A stretch of DNA of 64,000 bases, taken from the NCBI RefSeq assembly GCF_964204645.1, contig NC_134030.1, forward strand, positions 18,002,210 through 18,066,209. Direction: 5' to 3'. Position 1 is the first letter of the stretch, and the number at the start of each line of letters is the position of its first letter. The position numbers and the translations under genes were made by a program. The stretch comes from Tubulanus polymorphus. Its lineage: Eukaryota; Animalia; Nemertea. Of the stretch, positions 32,701 to 45,945 are shown in pieces. A model generated the notes under the pieces. The model did no database searches and was not told the DNA's origin. It worked only from the letters and a program-made list of their open reading frames with translations.

Positions 32701-33903
32701 AAATAGTTACGCAACTACGCACATTTCAGTGTTTTAAGCAGCTGTACACTCAATCGGCACCGTTCGTGACTAGCTTCACTGCGGAATTATCATTAATTAA
32801 CATCGCCATATCACATCATCAACTTATATTGTGCCTTAAAACCCTAACGGCCGAAATAATTGAAATGCACACACGATTTCTATCATTGAAAATTGAGAGA
32901 GTGGCCATGTTTGTGTTTGCTGCTTCGTAAATCCCGCGCGGTGGGGCAACCACGCGGAGTGGGGCCGATACGTCCAGGAGTAAAATGGGTACCTGGTCTG
33001 ATAGATGACTTCCAGCTGCTCGGATGTTTCTTCTACTCAGGGAGGCTCGACTGATAAATGGTTAGGATAAGAGTCAAAGGCTGGGGGGTTAAGGGTTCGA
33101 TAGACTAGAATTACTGTCTCTGTCGCTAGATATCGTACTATCGTGTGCTTGGTTGGAGTCATAGAAAGTCTAAACGTATCTCTATAAGTCAATTTTATGC
33201 GACGTACCTGCGGGTCTATGCGGATCTTTTGCCAAGTAGTTTTACCGCAGTGAGCCATGTTGTGATGATCGCACGTGACTTGTCCGTAGTTTATCGCTTT
33301 CAGTGTGATATATTCTTTTCTACACCTGCTGCAGAAGATCGTAACTGGTACAGACTTCGATCCAAGATACAGTGTGTAATAGCCCGAAGCAGTGGCACCG
33401 GCATCTATACAAGTCTTTGGAAGTTCATCACAACACCATGCTTAAATAAAGATTTGATTCTTAAAAGGGTGATAGGTAGCTTAGATAATAGCTTACGGAC
33501 TAGTTTTTATTGGTGATCTATCAGCAACTTATTTTGATGTTTTATTCACACATGAAAATATTTGAAGAAAAGATGCATTATGCGTTCAGATTTTGAAAAT
33601 AGATATATGTTATGCGTGTTCCCTGGAAATTAATGAAATTTTTGGCCATTAGCAACTATCAAATTTGATGGACCTATAAATGTTATGGAGTGTGGGACAC
33701 TGACCATATATGTGAAAACAGTAAAAGTGCAATGTCTGGTTTACTTACAACGCGTATATAATCGATTAATTGGTATATATGAAAGTTTCGATTCTTTTAG
33801 GAATATATTAAGATTTTCTATTTATATACTTTATTCCAAGGTTAGTTTTACCTTTATGAACGACAGCGATTAGAAAAGTAAGAATCAATGAAGTCGTTTT
33901 CAT
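29760..33903 (-). CDS. Secreted stand-alone GON-domain protein, 193 aa; exons 33903-33852, 33440-33208, 31853-31695, 29897-29760
   Basis: All introns are GT-AG with consistent phases (1,0,0), and the 582 nt are stop-free. Signal peptide MKTTSLILTFLIAVVHKAWC. GON-like motifs: PKTC..GYYTL..IFC..EYITL..NY, GKTTWQKIRIDP, DYTYS..PFGQGGGC..GGFALDLTGT, GKCGGYCGICEP. Confidence 0.85.
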
Positions 33904-35683
33904 TTTTTCAGATATTGACCAAACAAGCAAAGAACAGATCTGCAAAAGTCGAAACGAACGCCGATGATTAAACCATTGCATTCGATTCGTTGAAATTAAT
34001 TCGATCTTATCGAAAAATCGAAGGAATTTTTCCGAACTTACCTCTTACGACGTAGTCAATGCCTTAGTTGAATCCCTGATTAAAGCAAGGAGAATTTATA
34101 GTCGCCGTCACGTGTCGAGCAATTCCCTTTGTCCTATCAAGACAGTACAAGCATGATCAAGTATCCATTGTAGTCTCAACAATTATGTAAAGTAAAATTG
34201 TCGAGTGCTAGAGGCGATCAATAAATCACAGATGGCAAAATAATAGAAACAACATATTTTGAAGTGTGTCTGACGTCTGACGACGATATTTAATTCTAAA
34301 AGCTAAATTTCAAGAGCCGAGGTCTATTGTTGTACGCGGTGTAGTTAGTAACTTAAACTTAAGCATCTGGCACAGAAGTCAGAAGATTTGATTAGAATTT
34401 TAATCGGTGAGTTCATGTAGGTCTTCTTGCTGCAGAAAATACGCTGCAATTAATATGTGTATAACACATTATTATTCGAAAATGGAATTATTAAATTCGT
34501 GGAATCAGTTGTAAAGCTGAAAAAAATACGATTATGATTGGGCCAGGATAAAGACAAAGCAATAAGTAACCTGGCAGACTAGGTTGAGGCAAATATATGA
34601 TTCATCAGTGGAACACTGACCGAGGCTACAATATTGTAACCTAGGTCGGTTGACTTGCGCGGATTTATCTGCATACACTGACCGAGGCTACAATATTGTA
34701 ACCTCGGTCGGTTTACTGCATTTGCAGTATTCACTAATCCAAGATCAAGATCAGTCAGTTTACTTGATCAGTTTTTGAAGTTATTGCTTACCCGATGTCA
34801 GTCGGTTGACTTGTAGTTTTGACTTACGTGGAATGGCAACTCGAGACCGTCACGGAAATGACGTATGCGAATTCCTACTCCGGCTAAGTGCGCATGTCCG
34901 AACACTGAAACAATCTTGACTTCTTTTTCATCGCCGGTGTACTCTTTAAACGCCTGCAATCAATGAATTCATTTTCTAACATCAAATACTGGATTTTGTC
35001 GTTGTTTTTTTTACTGCATCAGGGAGGTGACTGCATTTTCACTACGTTCTTTGGAATTTGAAAAAAACGCTTTGAAATACGTGCATTTTGTAGTACATTC
35101 GAAAGAACAACTATTATCTCACCCCTTCTATACATACTCGTGGACAAAATCCACGATACTTAAACTTTTCTTGGCGCGGAGGGATAACTGTAGAAAGTGG
35201 CTCAGCAAAATCCATACCAGCCGTCATTAAACCCACGTCGCATTTACGCAGTTTCGACGTATATGTAAATCGCAGCCCTGATGTATCGTATAAACCTGCA
35301 ATATCATATCCGATAATAATCATTTATCCAGTTGTTTGAACTCTGATATGCTGTATAATAGTCATTCCTTACGATGGTTCTCAGTGAAATATCGAATATT
35401 TGAATTCTAATTAATTCTAACATTAAGATATCTACGTTTTTCGATTTCGAGGTTGTGGGACTTATATTTTACTCTACTTGCACACAATTCATTGTGAAGT
35501 TTTACGTCGTCATTTCATAATGTGTATTCATGTAGTATCTAACATGTTTTGGTCTTAATAGAGATAAAACCCACAGATAAACAAGCTTCCATAATCGATT
35601 GATCGATTGATGGTAACAGATTGATCTGCGTTGATCTATCTTATCAGAACAACTAACTGTAACGGCATCTAACCCATCAATGC

Positions 35684-35755
35684 GGCCTGTTGGTCTAGGG
35701 GTATGATTCTCGCTTTGGGTGCGAGAGGTCCCGGGTTCAAATCCCGGACAGGCCC
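35684..35755 (+). tRNA. tRNA-Pro (anticodon TGG)
   Basis: GGCCTGTTGGTCTAGGGGTATGATTCTCGCTTTGGGTGCGAGAGGTCCCGGGTTCAAATCCCGGACAGGCCC forms a full cloverleaf and is followed by T-runs. Confidence 0.95.
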
Positions 35756-36261
35756 AAATGTTTTATCTTTTTTATTGTTTTTCTTTATCAAAGGATCCCG
35801 CGACAGTATGAACCGGCCAGCCCCGAACTATACGCTTTTCTTAAATGCAGGTTGATTGACGTCCCACGACAAATAAATATTTCGAAAACTAATTCTTCTA
35901 CGCACCGGATTTTCTGTGCGGCTTGTCGTAATGTATTTCCAGACGGTTGTAAACACTGTCGGACGTGTCTCCAATCGATACGCCAGTGTCTCTCCGAAAG
36001 ACGATCGCCTGATATACGGAAATATGAGCGAAAATGAAAATATATGATTTAGAAGATTAGAATTTAGGAAAAGCCGGTCATTCATCGGATAACTAATGAT
36101 AACTTACGTCAGCACCAACGGAAAAAACGGCAGCGTATGTCCAACAACCATTTAGAAAACGCCGCACGCGTGGTGACTTTTCATTTCCATGGACAGATAA
36201 AACTGAATCGTTCAATCTATTGTTACGACATTCCTTAACCAGCATATGATGTACGTAAAAT

Positions 36262-36598
36262 TCCCTCCCTCCCTCCCTCCCTCCCCTCCCTCCCTCCCTC
36301 CCTCCCTCCCTCCCTCCCTCCCTCCCTCCCTCCCTCCCTCCCTCCCTCCCTCCCTCCCTCCCTCCCTCCCTCCCTCCCTCCCTCCCTCCCTCCCTCCCTC
36401 CCTCCCTCCCTCCCTCCCTCCCTCCCTCCCTCCCTCCCTCCCTCCCTCCCTCCCTCCCTCCCTCCCTCCCTCCCTCCCTCCCTCCCTCCCTCCCTCCCTC
36501 CCTCCCTCCCTCCCTCCCTCCCTCCCTCCCTCCCTCCCTCCCTCCATCCCTCCCTCCCTCCATCCCTCCATCCCTCCCTCCCTCCCTCCCTCCCTCCC
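36262..36598. repeat. (CCCT)n microsatellite
   Basis: Seen directly; about 84 units. Confidence 0.98.
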
Positions 36599-38705
36599 GT
36601 GGTCATGGTATGTTATTCGAAAAAGACCGGCGCTGGACTAGACGCGGGAAATTTGTATGAAATCCGAATTTGTAGAAGTGTAAAATTCCTGGTATGTAAA
36701 TGAGGGCGCCAGAACGCCAGAACACCAAAACGAAAAAACGTCCAATTTTCTCTGAAAGTTCGTTTTGGCGCACCAGAGTAAGTAGGGCATCACAATTGTT
36801 GACGCAAAGTTTTTGTTAAGATTAATTAAATAATAAGGGACTCGAACATGATCATATTCAATTTGTTTGGGATTCGAAGCTTATAGCCTGACAACAGAGT
36901 GCGGAGTAGAGACATTGGAACTCGTATCTACTATTTATCAGAAATAGATGGATTGATAGCCTCTATATGTACAGATGGCGTTAGTAGTATCATCGAATGG
37001 TTGCTATTGGCAACCGTTGAAAGATAATGAAAAGGTGGTAAAAGATGAAAAGGTGTTAAAATATGAAAAAATGATAAAATACCATCAATTGACCTTTTAT
37101 CACCTTTTGACAGTTTTTCATGTTTTCATCACCGTCTTATATGTTTTCACTATCTTTTTGTATGTTTTCATCATCTAATTAAACCTTTTGATTATCGAAT
37201 AACATGTAACCATGTTTTGGTGGCTTTCGCCTTCCATAGAAAATAGTTTATCGAACGTTAAGTGTAAAATCGAATCTGCCACGGTGCGCGGAAATGGCAT
37301 TTTTGAACTATTCTAACTAACTGAACTGTTCTTGGAAATTAGCGCGTATTTGCTCGAATCAAGTGCCGAAAAAGCCTCCTCACCAATATTTGCTCAGTGC
37401 ACATGTTTTTTTAATGCAAAATCGTTACCAAGCCTGTATACATGATACTAAACAATAATCATTTAACATATCGTGAAACTGCTGACCGAACGGGTAAGTA
37501 AGTTATACTGGATGTTAAAGGATTTTACAAGAAAAAAGTTTTTGAATATAGTTTGAATCTGATTCGTTATAATCAACATTTAATGAAAAATGTATTTGGC
37601 TAAAAATGATACCTTTTGTTTGCTGATCGACCGGGTCATTTTTTAAGCCGCAATACAATTTGCAAGTAGTTCATATCAATAACTGTTATGGTTAGCTACG
37701 GTTCTTACACATGTATAGGCGGACGGCCGGGTCAACTTACAACACTAGGCAGAAATTAGAAACTAGGTGCTAGCTATGTTAGCTTTTAATTTCGCGATAG
37801 AAAGTCGGATATAACTGGCCGCCGGTCGAAAAAAAACAACATATGATTAGATACAGAATCGAAATTTGATTTTGTGATTTATTTCAGGAAATTAGAAAGA
37901 AAGATGACTTCGTCCCAAGGATGCCTCATTAAAAGCTAGCACTTGCAATGAATCATATATCGATAAAATTAATTCCAAATCTATGCGCGCGACTGACTCT
38001 CAAAAAAATGCTAATTAACTATACGTGGGAGCTTTGCGAGATATGGACAAATCCGTAGAAGTAATTATCACGATGATTTTCCGTAGCTCCCTGATTGATT
38101 ATCGACTCAATATTCATTGTTCGCACCCAACATCCATAAGACCTATATTTTTCATATATATTTTTGTTAACAATGTTTTTAAGTAGAATAGCTAAAAAAT
38201 GTCCATGCCTTCAGTTTCAGATTACATAAGAAAAAATCTCGTCGAATATGAAGCTGATAATATCGACTTTATTTCTGGTCTGTTCTACAACGGCAGGAAA
38301 ATTTACAAATATAATTGTCACTTATATAACCGTGAGGCAGAGATAACGGCGTTTTAGGGACACAATCCATCATTTATGTTTGAAAACTTCCTGAAAATTA
38401 TTTAATCGAGCGAAGCTCTCAAATGAAAAAAAAGCATGACAGAGGAATTTAATGAATTTTGTCTTTTGATTGGAAAACTAAGCCGAAAGGCTCCTGATCT
38501 ACGATAACCATTTGGGAATATTTTCGTATATTTCTTAATAGCTCGATTACTGATGTTTTCCAAAATTATCGAAATATATACTCTTGACTTCAGAATAATT
38601 TCTATTTCACTGTCTGTTGAGCTACTATTGTCGACGTCAAACTATACTTAGTTTGAGACCGCTGGACTTTTGGCGATAACTACTAAAATGAGAGATACGT
38701 ATCAG

Positions 38706-38814
38706 GGTCCAGTTCCACAGTTCGGAGTTAAGATTTGACCCTGAGTTAACTCATTAAAAATGAACTAATTTTAACTCAGAGTTAACTCTAACTCACAACT
38801 TTGGAACTGGGTCC
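38706..38814. mobile_element. Small palindromic MITE (PIF/Harbinger-like)
   Basis: GGTCCAGTTCCA...TGGAACTGGGTCC with CAG on both flanks. Confidence 0.6.
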
Positions 38815-38987
38815 CAGGTAGTCTGGTCTAGGGATTATCGATACCCTGGCCGAAGACTAATGGACTAAAATAGACTGAATTTCGAGTTTATTCAACCTTT
38901 CGAGCTCGTATTTCACAACCGAAGGAGCGGATGAATAAGATTGGGCCTTCAGTGTCTACATTGTTTGAGGTTTGGACTTAATTACCT

Positions 38988-39100
38988 GGGACCGGTTGCA
39001 TAGTCATGGCTTAGACTCAAGACCAGTCTAAGGCCATCTTAGTTCTATAGCCAATCTAACAACTTTAGACCAGTTTTCAGATTTAAGACCACTTTGGGAC
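38988..39100. mobile_element. Truncated MITE of the same family as 58525-58664
   Basis: Shares CCATCTTAGTTCTATAGCCAATCTAACAACTT. Confidence 0.6.
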
Positions 39101-39529
39101 ACTCTTTTATGTTTTCTTCACGGTCGCTAACGCAAAAAAAATTCCCCATTTAAAAAATAGAAAAATTCGCCCTCATCACCTTTGGAACTTCCTCTATCTT
39201 TTCTTTTTAAAAAAGGGAAACAAAAATGATTACGCGCCGTCCTCGTCACTTTTCCAAAAAGGGGCTGATGAGAAACAAGGGTAACTCTTTGTGTGGCCTT
39301 ATTGATTAACATTTAAACGAGAAAAAGGGTCTTTTTGATGAGTGCATTTAAAAAAAGAGGAGGGAATAGCAGATGAGAGCGGGACATTTTGGATTGCTGA
39401 TGATTTGCTGATAAGTCATCGCTAATCGTTGCGTCGTAATGAATAAAATGTGAGCGTGACGAGAGAAATCTCACAATGATTCAGTCAAAGATGAAAATGA
39501 AAAATTCTTGGATAGATGAGACTTTATTT

Positions 39530-39572
39530 TGAGCAACGTTTCGGCTAAATACTATTATCCATCATCAGGGGT
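39530..39572 (-). ncRNA. Penelope-type hammerhead ribozyme remnant
   Basis: Minus strand CCTGATGATGGATAATAGTATTTAGCCGAAACGTTG. Confidence 0.55.
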
Positions 39573-39677
39573 ACTGACGGTGGCTGATAGTGTTGACTGA
39601 ATCAGTGCACGACTTTTATCTCGTCATCCATCTTACACGGAAGATAATGTATATCTTCTCGATTCATCTAGTTTCAG

Positions 39678-41082
39678 CGTGTGTTTGTGATGACGGTTGG
39701 AGCCCGGCTGGAAATACGAAATGCTTCAAGTTTTTTTCCGGGAAATTCGGGGCAACGCTCCCATTGTCTTCGGCACTGGCCAAAATTGATAGCTTGGAGG
39801 AAAATGATGTAGCTCAGAGTATGTACATGTCGAAATATGCAGGCTACCAAAAACATTTTTAATCGTTTAAATCGAAATTTTTAATCGTTTTAATCGGAAT
39901 TTTTAATCGTTTTAAGGAATGTACCTGAGACAAAACGGGCCAACAGTACTACATAATCGGTACCATAGCATCTTATGTTCGGCCAAACAATATTATGCCG
40001 TATAGGCCCCCTATCATTAGAAATTTTTGTCGGCAGTGTTATATTAACATTTTTATGAACCCCAACCTGGAAAACATCCTGGATCGGCGCCTGATATGCT
40101 GTTTCGTACGGGGAGAGGCGACCATGGTTTAACTTACACGATGCTGTCGTCATTTTAAGTCTAATACCCGCTGACGTGCCGTCTGTTTGGCTTGGATTTA
40201 GGAAACAAGCCTCATCATTTAACTTCGCTACGATAAATTCGTCGTTTCTAGGAATAACATTGCCCTATATGACATTGTACCGTTAAAATACACATCAAAG
40301 AAGCTTCGATCAACCCTTTCGTCGGCGAATAAAGAACCTAATTTGCTCGAGACATGGGGGATTTTTTGCGAAAGAAAATGTTTCAAAAAGTTCCACTATC
40401 TATCGTGTTAGGGCAGTTATTGTTTTATTTCAACGACGGTAAGGCGGTTTTAAATCATGCCATAGTACAGTTAGTGCAGCCAACTTCGACTAGCTTGCCA
40501 TCTAGCGGACAATGAAGGCAGTAGGTCAGTCACATCAACTGTTAATGGGTGCCTTTTGTTTTGGCCGGCGTGCTTGCGACCGCTCTTTGACACAAGGGAA
40601 AACATCTTGACGTATACGAGGGCCGGCTCCATTCCTTCAAAATTTGAATGCACTCTTGAATAAGACCGGAAAAGATTATTTGCAAAGGGAATTTAAAAAA
40701 GACTACAAATTAATCCAAATAGTCCTTATTAATGCCAAAAACAACGACTGTTTGTCTTGATAAATTTTCTGTTGGAGACCCACCAGAACTCCTACCAATG
40801 TTTCGCTCACAGCCCACACTCTTGAGCCTGCCCTTTTTCGAATTGAGTGTCCATTCCAATATCAAGGTCGACCCCTTCAGATTTGAATCATAAGGAAATT
40901 GTTTCATTACCTGCTTGCAGGATTTCAGAAATTGGGCCCCCGGAGAGCCGAGTGTAGCCGGATGGTTGTTCGGTCGTCCTATGGTCGAACGTTGCGTTGA
41001 AATGTATCGACGTAATGGTAAATGGAACGATGTTATATGCGTCAATATGAAACCAGCTATGTGTTCGAAGGATTGTCAATAA
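39678..41082 (+). pseudogene. C-type lectin gene, probably degraded (exons about 39678-39818, 40159-40250, 40921-41082)
   Basis: CDDGW...KCFKFF...LAKIDSLEEN; SVWLGF; FRNWAPGEPS...ERCVEM...GKWNDVIC...AMC. The helix-1 cysteine is missing in frame, and the middle exon lacks an in-phase AG acceptor. Confidence 0.75.
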
Positions 41083-42142
41083 AATTGAACGAGGGTGATA
41101 TGAACATCTTGCAAGTTCACATTTTGTTCAGTATCGAAAATAAATCTATTCTGTTGCGGCAATACGGTCGTCTTATGACTTATGATAGACTTCTGAAGTT
41201 GTTTGAAGTTTAATTCTCTAAAAATCACTCGATCACTCAGAGGCTTGTTTCGTTCTTGCACGGTCGGATGATTGGACAAAGTTAGTTTTTCCAGCGGACT
41301 GTATTCTAACCTGAAACTGGTACGATAACTATGGGATTCAACCGGCACTTCAAAACTCAACAATTGCGACAGCTCAGAGCTAGCTGATGATAAACACTTT
41401 TGAAAATGTAATCAAATAGAATAAGGCTATTATTTCTTGGGCGGACGGGCTGCAGCTCATCTGTGTACTTGGCGTGTCAATTTCATACTAGCGCCAATTT
41501 CCAATGTTTTTCTAAAGGAGAAAAATAAATTGGCGAAGAATCCAGGGAAAAACAACAGGTCTCATATCTGCATCATTTTCTGGTAATGGTATTCATTTCT
41601 TAAGTAAAAAAAAAAAAAAACAACGGTCCACCTTATGGCGAGTCAATTTCAACCTACCAACAATTTCCTTTTTTTGTGTTAAGATAGCGAAAAGATATCG
41701 GTTGGCTGGGTCCATTTTGGACCTCAGACCCTTGAAAAACATGGTATCTTTTTAGCCCATACACAATGACTACCAATCTTGACTATTTGATAATTTTAGA
41801 TTTTCCGATTTTGCAAAACCTATCTAGGCAATGGGCGTCCATATGAAGCCCCTTTGAAATTCGACCAATGATGGCAACTAGTTTCTGAAAATAAAGGTAA
41901 GAAGTTCTAAGCAATGTTAAGAGTTAGCCGCAATCCGCGTCGTTTCACGAACATACATTGACACAAGTCTCGGAAAATTACCTACTAATTTGTGGTGGCG
42001 GTAGGGCGCAATTCTAACTCGGGATATTTTTTCATTAACTTGTATTCATTGATATCGAAGTCATTTTACCTGATGATAACCAATCTATTCATTTTCTGTT
42101 AATTCGTGATATTCAGAAAGATAATGTACAGCCATTCCCGCA

Positions 42143-42463
42143 TCCTCCCACGGCAGGGATTCGAACCTGATGGCATCGCTACACTGCTGAGGCACTAACC
42201 CCTGCCACAATAGACCGGTGCGCAGGTACATGCGCCGCTTTGCCGCACGAAAACCTGCGGCACCAATCAGTTTGCTTGTTGTATAATCACTTAGATAAAT
42301 TACACGGATGAACCATATATGGGAAAACCTGAGCTAGAATAAGACGTGATTTCTGATTGGCTGATAATGACAACATCTAAGTCACGCACTCGGTCTAGTG
42401 TGGCAGGGTTTCGTACCGTGGCATTCTCGATGCCATCTGGTTCGAATCCCTGCCGAGGGAGGA
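42143..42463. repeat. Two tRNA-derived SINE-like heads in divergent orientation
   Basis: B-box GGTTCGAATCCCTGCCG on the minus strand (about 42150-42167) and the plus strand (about 42439-42455), each with related upstream sequence. Confidence 0.55.
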
Positions 42464-42749
42464 TTCTATTGTCGGTTCCGGTAGCGGGTACGATGCGGCA
42501 CGCAGTTTCGTGTTGTCCCTTCTAAATAAGATAGATAAAGAATAAATCCATGATTGTCAGTTTTACAATAGGAGTGTCCTTCCGTAGGCATTAAAATTAT
42601 TAACGAGGTTTATTGATTTCTCGCAAAAGATAGTTGATTAAACTCGATAGTTGATTAAACTCGAAATATTGTTTGTATTCTGGATAGATGTTCCATGCAA
42701 ATATATGAGGCTTTTTTTGTTCCTGTGCTTGCAGTTAATTTCCATTTGA

Positions 42750-43130
42750 AAATGTCAGACGTGAAGTACTGAACACATGTGAAGGGCGGATGATCAGTTT
42801 TTGAATGCGATGATAAAATGTCTAATGTATGGTGTTTGTAGTTCATTTTCAATTAAAAATGTCTCAGATGAAGCACTGAACACATGTGAAGTGTGGACCA
42901 TCAGTTTTTGAAAGTGTGCTGATAAAATGTCTAATATCTGGTGTTTGTAGTTCATTTTCAATTAAAAATGTCTCAGGCGAAACACTGAACACAACGCGAA
43001 CGCGAAGTGTGGACCGTCAGTTTTTGAAAGTGTGCTGATAAAATGTCTAATATCTGGTGTTTGTAGTTAATTTTCAATTAAAAATGTCTCAGGTGAGGTT
43101 CTGAACACATGTGAACGTGGATGATCAGTT
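42750..43130. repeat. Tandem repeat with units of about 105-112 bp, about 3.5 copies
   Basis: Repeated AAAATGTCTCAG...CTGAACACATGTGAA...GATAAAATGTCTAAT. Confidence 0.85.
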
Positions 43131-43671
43131 TCTTTTTTGAAAATATCTCTGATGAAGTTCTGAACAACCGAACTGTTGTAGTGGCCAATCGTTAAACGTC
43201 CAAATCGTAACCCGTAATGTCGTCAAACATAAATTTCGTAAAACATAAGTGGTGATGTCGCAATCGGTCGTTTAGGGCTTCCATACCTCGGGGCTTTCAT
43301 ACGTAACAATTATGTTAACAGTCCTCCACCCAACCGCACCTATGGAATATATGTTAAAATTAAGTGCTAAAACGCTTCATTCATATTTGCCGTCAAAACA
43401 TGTTTTTTTACGAAAAATCGATGCAATTTCTATATTATTCCGGCCATATTATTCATACATTCATCACGAAACTGCTGACAGAGCGGGTAAGTAAAATCAT
43501 ACGCTGGGGAAGAGCGATTCTAAATAGAGTTCTTTTAGTCGAAATGTCCAGAAATAACAAAACGACCTAGGGAAATTCGAATACACAATTTGTACAATAC
43601 GTGAAATGGAAATCAATTTATGATCTATCCTGGTAGTTACCGAGTTAATGTAATGTATTCATATCCAATCG

Positions 43672-43872
43672 GGCATCAAATCAAGTGTATCAAATTAAAT
43701 ATCAAATCGAGTGTATCAAATCAAATATCAAATCAAGTGTATCAAATTAAATATCAAATCGAGTGCATCAAATCAAATATCAAACCGAGTGCATCGAATC
43801 AAATATCAAACCAAGTGTATCAAATCAAATATCAAACCGAGTGCATCACATATCAAATCAAGTGTATCAAAT
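43672..43872. repeat. 26-bp minisatellite
   Basis: Repeats of ATCAAATCAAGTGTATCAAATTAAAT and variants. Confidence 0.9.
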
Positions 43873-44131
43873 TGTCGCGACTCATGTCGCGAGTATTATT
43901 ATTATCAGTAATCCATGGTAATCAACACATGTATTATGTTTCTACAGTACAAATCACGAATGAATATTAGTACCTGTCAGTACTTATCCTACCATGAAAC
44001 TGATCAACTATAAATTATGTACAGAATTAATCTGAGTGTCCACTCATACTATATTGCTCACTGAAACACGTTCTTCGTCCACTCATACTATATTGCTCAC
44101 TGAAACACGTTCTTCGTAGTTCATATATGGT

Positions 44132-45945
44132 TTACCCGTCAGGACATTTGGTCACTCGAGCCTGTGTTTTACCAGCTAAACGGCTGTTATCTGTAACTGT
44201 AAAATTTGACAGAGGAGTGTATGATACGAATCCAGCTAACTTGCTGACCAAATGAATACCAAGGTGAGCAGATGACAATGGATAGGAAAAACAGTCAGTA
44301 TACTGACAGAATCTTTCATACACCATATACATGTTGTCATTATTTTCGAGTATATTTCTCACAAGAGCAATTTCATTTCCAATTTGAATACAATTGTCTG
44401 GATGGAACTGAGGTTTTCAGTTCATATCCATTGATCTTCAGTTTTTTTAACTGTGTTAAGACCACATTTAAAATTTAAATCACCTCTATTTATGGGTAAG
44501 GGCCCACTATGACGTCAGACAGGGGACGAATGCTGGAAGAATGAGTAGACTTGTCAGCTGACCCATCTCGTTCAAGTATGCGCCTTATGACCTACTGAAG
44601 AGGATCGGTTCCACTTCTTAACATTGTTTTAATGCGTCCTAAATAGCTTTCAAATGGAAATGCTGAATAATCATCAAGATTTCCATGTTTATTTACATCA
44701 TCAGAAATATGAATCAGGTTGTGAACATTATAAACCATAGCCTTATTTCCATAGATTGTTGAGTAACTATCCACAAATAAGTAAAGGAGGCTGTTGGCAT
44801 AATCAGAATGAGACGAATACATAGTAGGGTGACATAAGCACCAAATAGCAACACTAAGGATTAGAAAATTCCTATATAACTCTTCAGGCAGCTGAGATTT
44901 TAGTGCCACAATTCCAGTATACAGAAGAAACAATCTTTATTCTGTTGCTTTCCAGTAAGCTAATTCAGAGAACGACCGGCCTTTTCTATTGAATTCTGAT
45001 GGCACAAATTTCGACAACTGTATAATTTTTTGAGAAATACTCGCAATGATGTGAGATGGCATGCTGCAGTTTAAAGGACCATTCAACCAAAACTTAATCA
45101 GCCGTTTCACAACTCCAAGACAAACCAAATGCATATAATCCAGAGGAAAATGCGTAATCACATCTATAGGGAGGCGTGTAAAAGGAGAAACCCCTTGTTC
45201 CTTCTAAATTGTTCCGAAGAATCAGCTTCATAAAACAGGCCAAAATGCTTTGCTACTTTTAAAAAGAGGGATGCCATCAACATTAACTAGTAATTTTAGC
45301 TCACATGATACTACAAACCGGTTGGCTAGATTTTCAATCAAAAGACAAAGTGACCTCTGTAGACCAAAATGAAAATATGACCCACCGGAGAGAGATAATA
45401 TTTCGTATGAATTGGAACGAGCCGTTTTTAGAAGGGTGCGAGAATCGCGAGGTAAATAAGGGTGATATGGCTGTAATAAGGAAAGAAGTTCTGACATTGA
45501 AACAAGCGAAATAGAGTTTTTGACAGCCCACTCCTTTAACCTATCTTGTAAACTGTGATCATCAGTTTTATTAGAACGACGGGAATCGGATTCATCACCA
45601 CTGGAATACAGTAGGCCTGGATTAGGTGTATCACCGCTACTGACATTGTCAGTGTCATCAATACTATTGTCGAACATCGTGAAATAAATTTCATCGCAGC
45701 CACTTTGGTCAGGAATCTCATTTGAGTTCATTTCAGGTGTGATGGGCTGTGATGAGGTAGAGTTCATTACTCTGGTTTTCATTTAAAACAGAACCAGTTT
45801 CATTGTTGTTAGGTCTACTCTCATCATCTGTAAATGACTGCATTATTTGATTAACCTCAGCCAATATTTGCCGGCGCTTTGTCCAAGAAGACACAGTAGT
45901 GTCATTTTTTTTTCTTTCAAATGACATTTCAGCAGAGCGAAGCAA
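44132..45945 (-). pseudogene. Degraded CMC (EnSpm/Mirage-like) DNA transposase with an internal deletion
   Basis: LPRDSRTLLKT, NVDGIPLFKSS..FWPVL, FPLDYMHLVCLGV, WKATE, VYNVHNLIH and YSAFPFESYLG motifs, spread over several frames. Confidence 0.8.

Noticed and set aside
36093-36641. GGRE/PPSL repeat ORFs
   Set aside because: They are translations of the (CCCT)n microsatellite.
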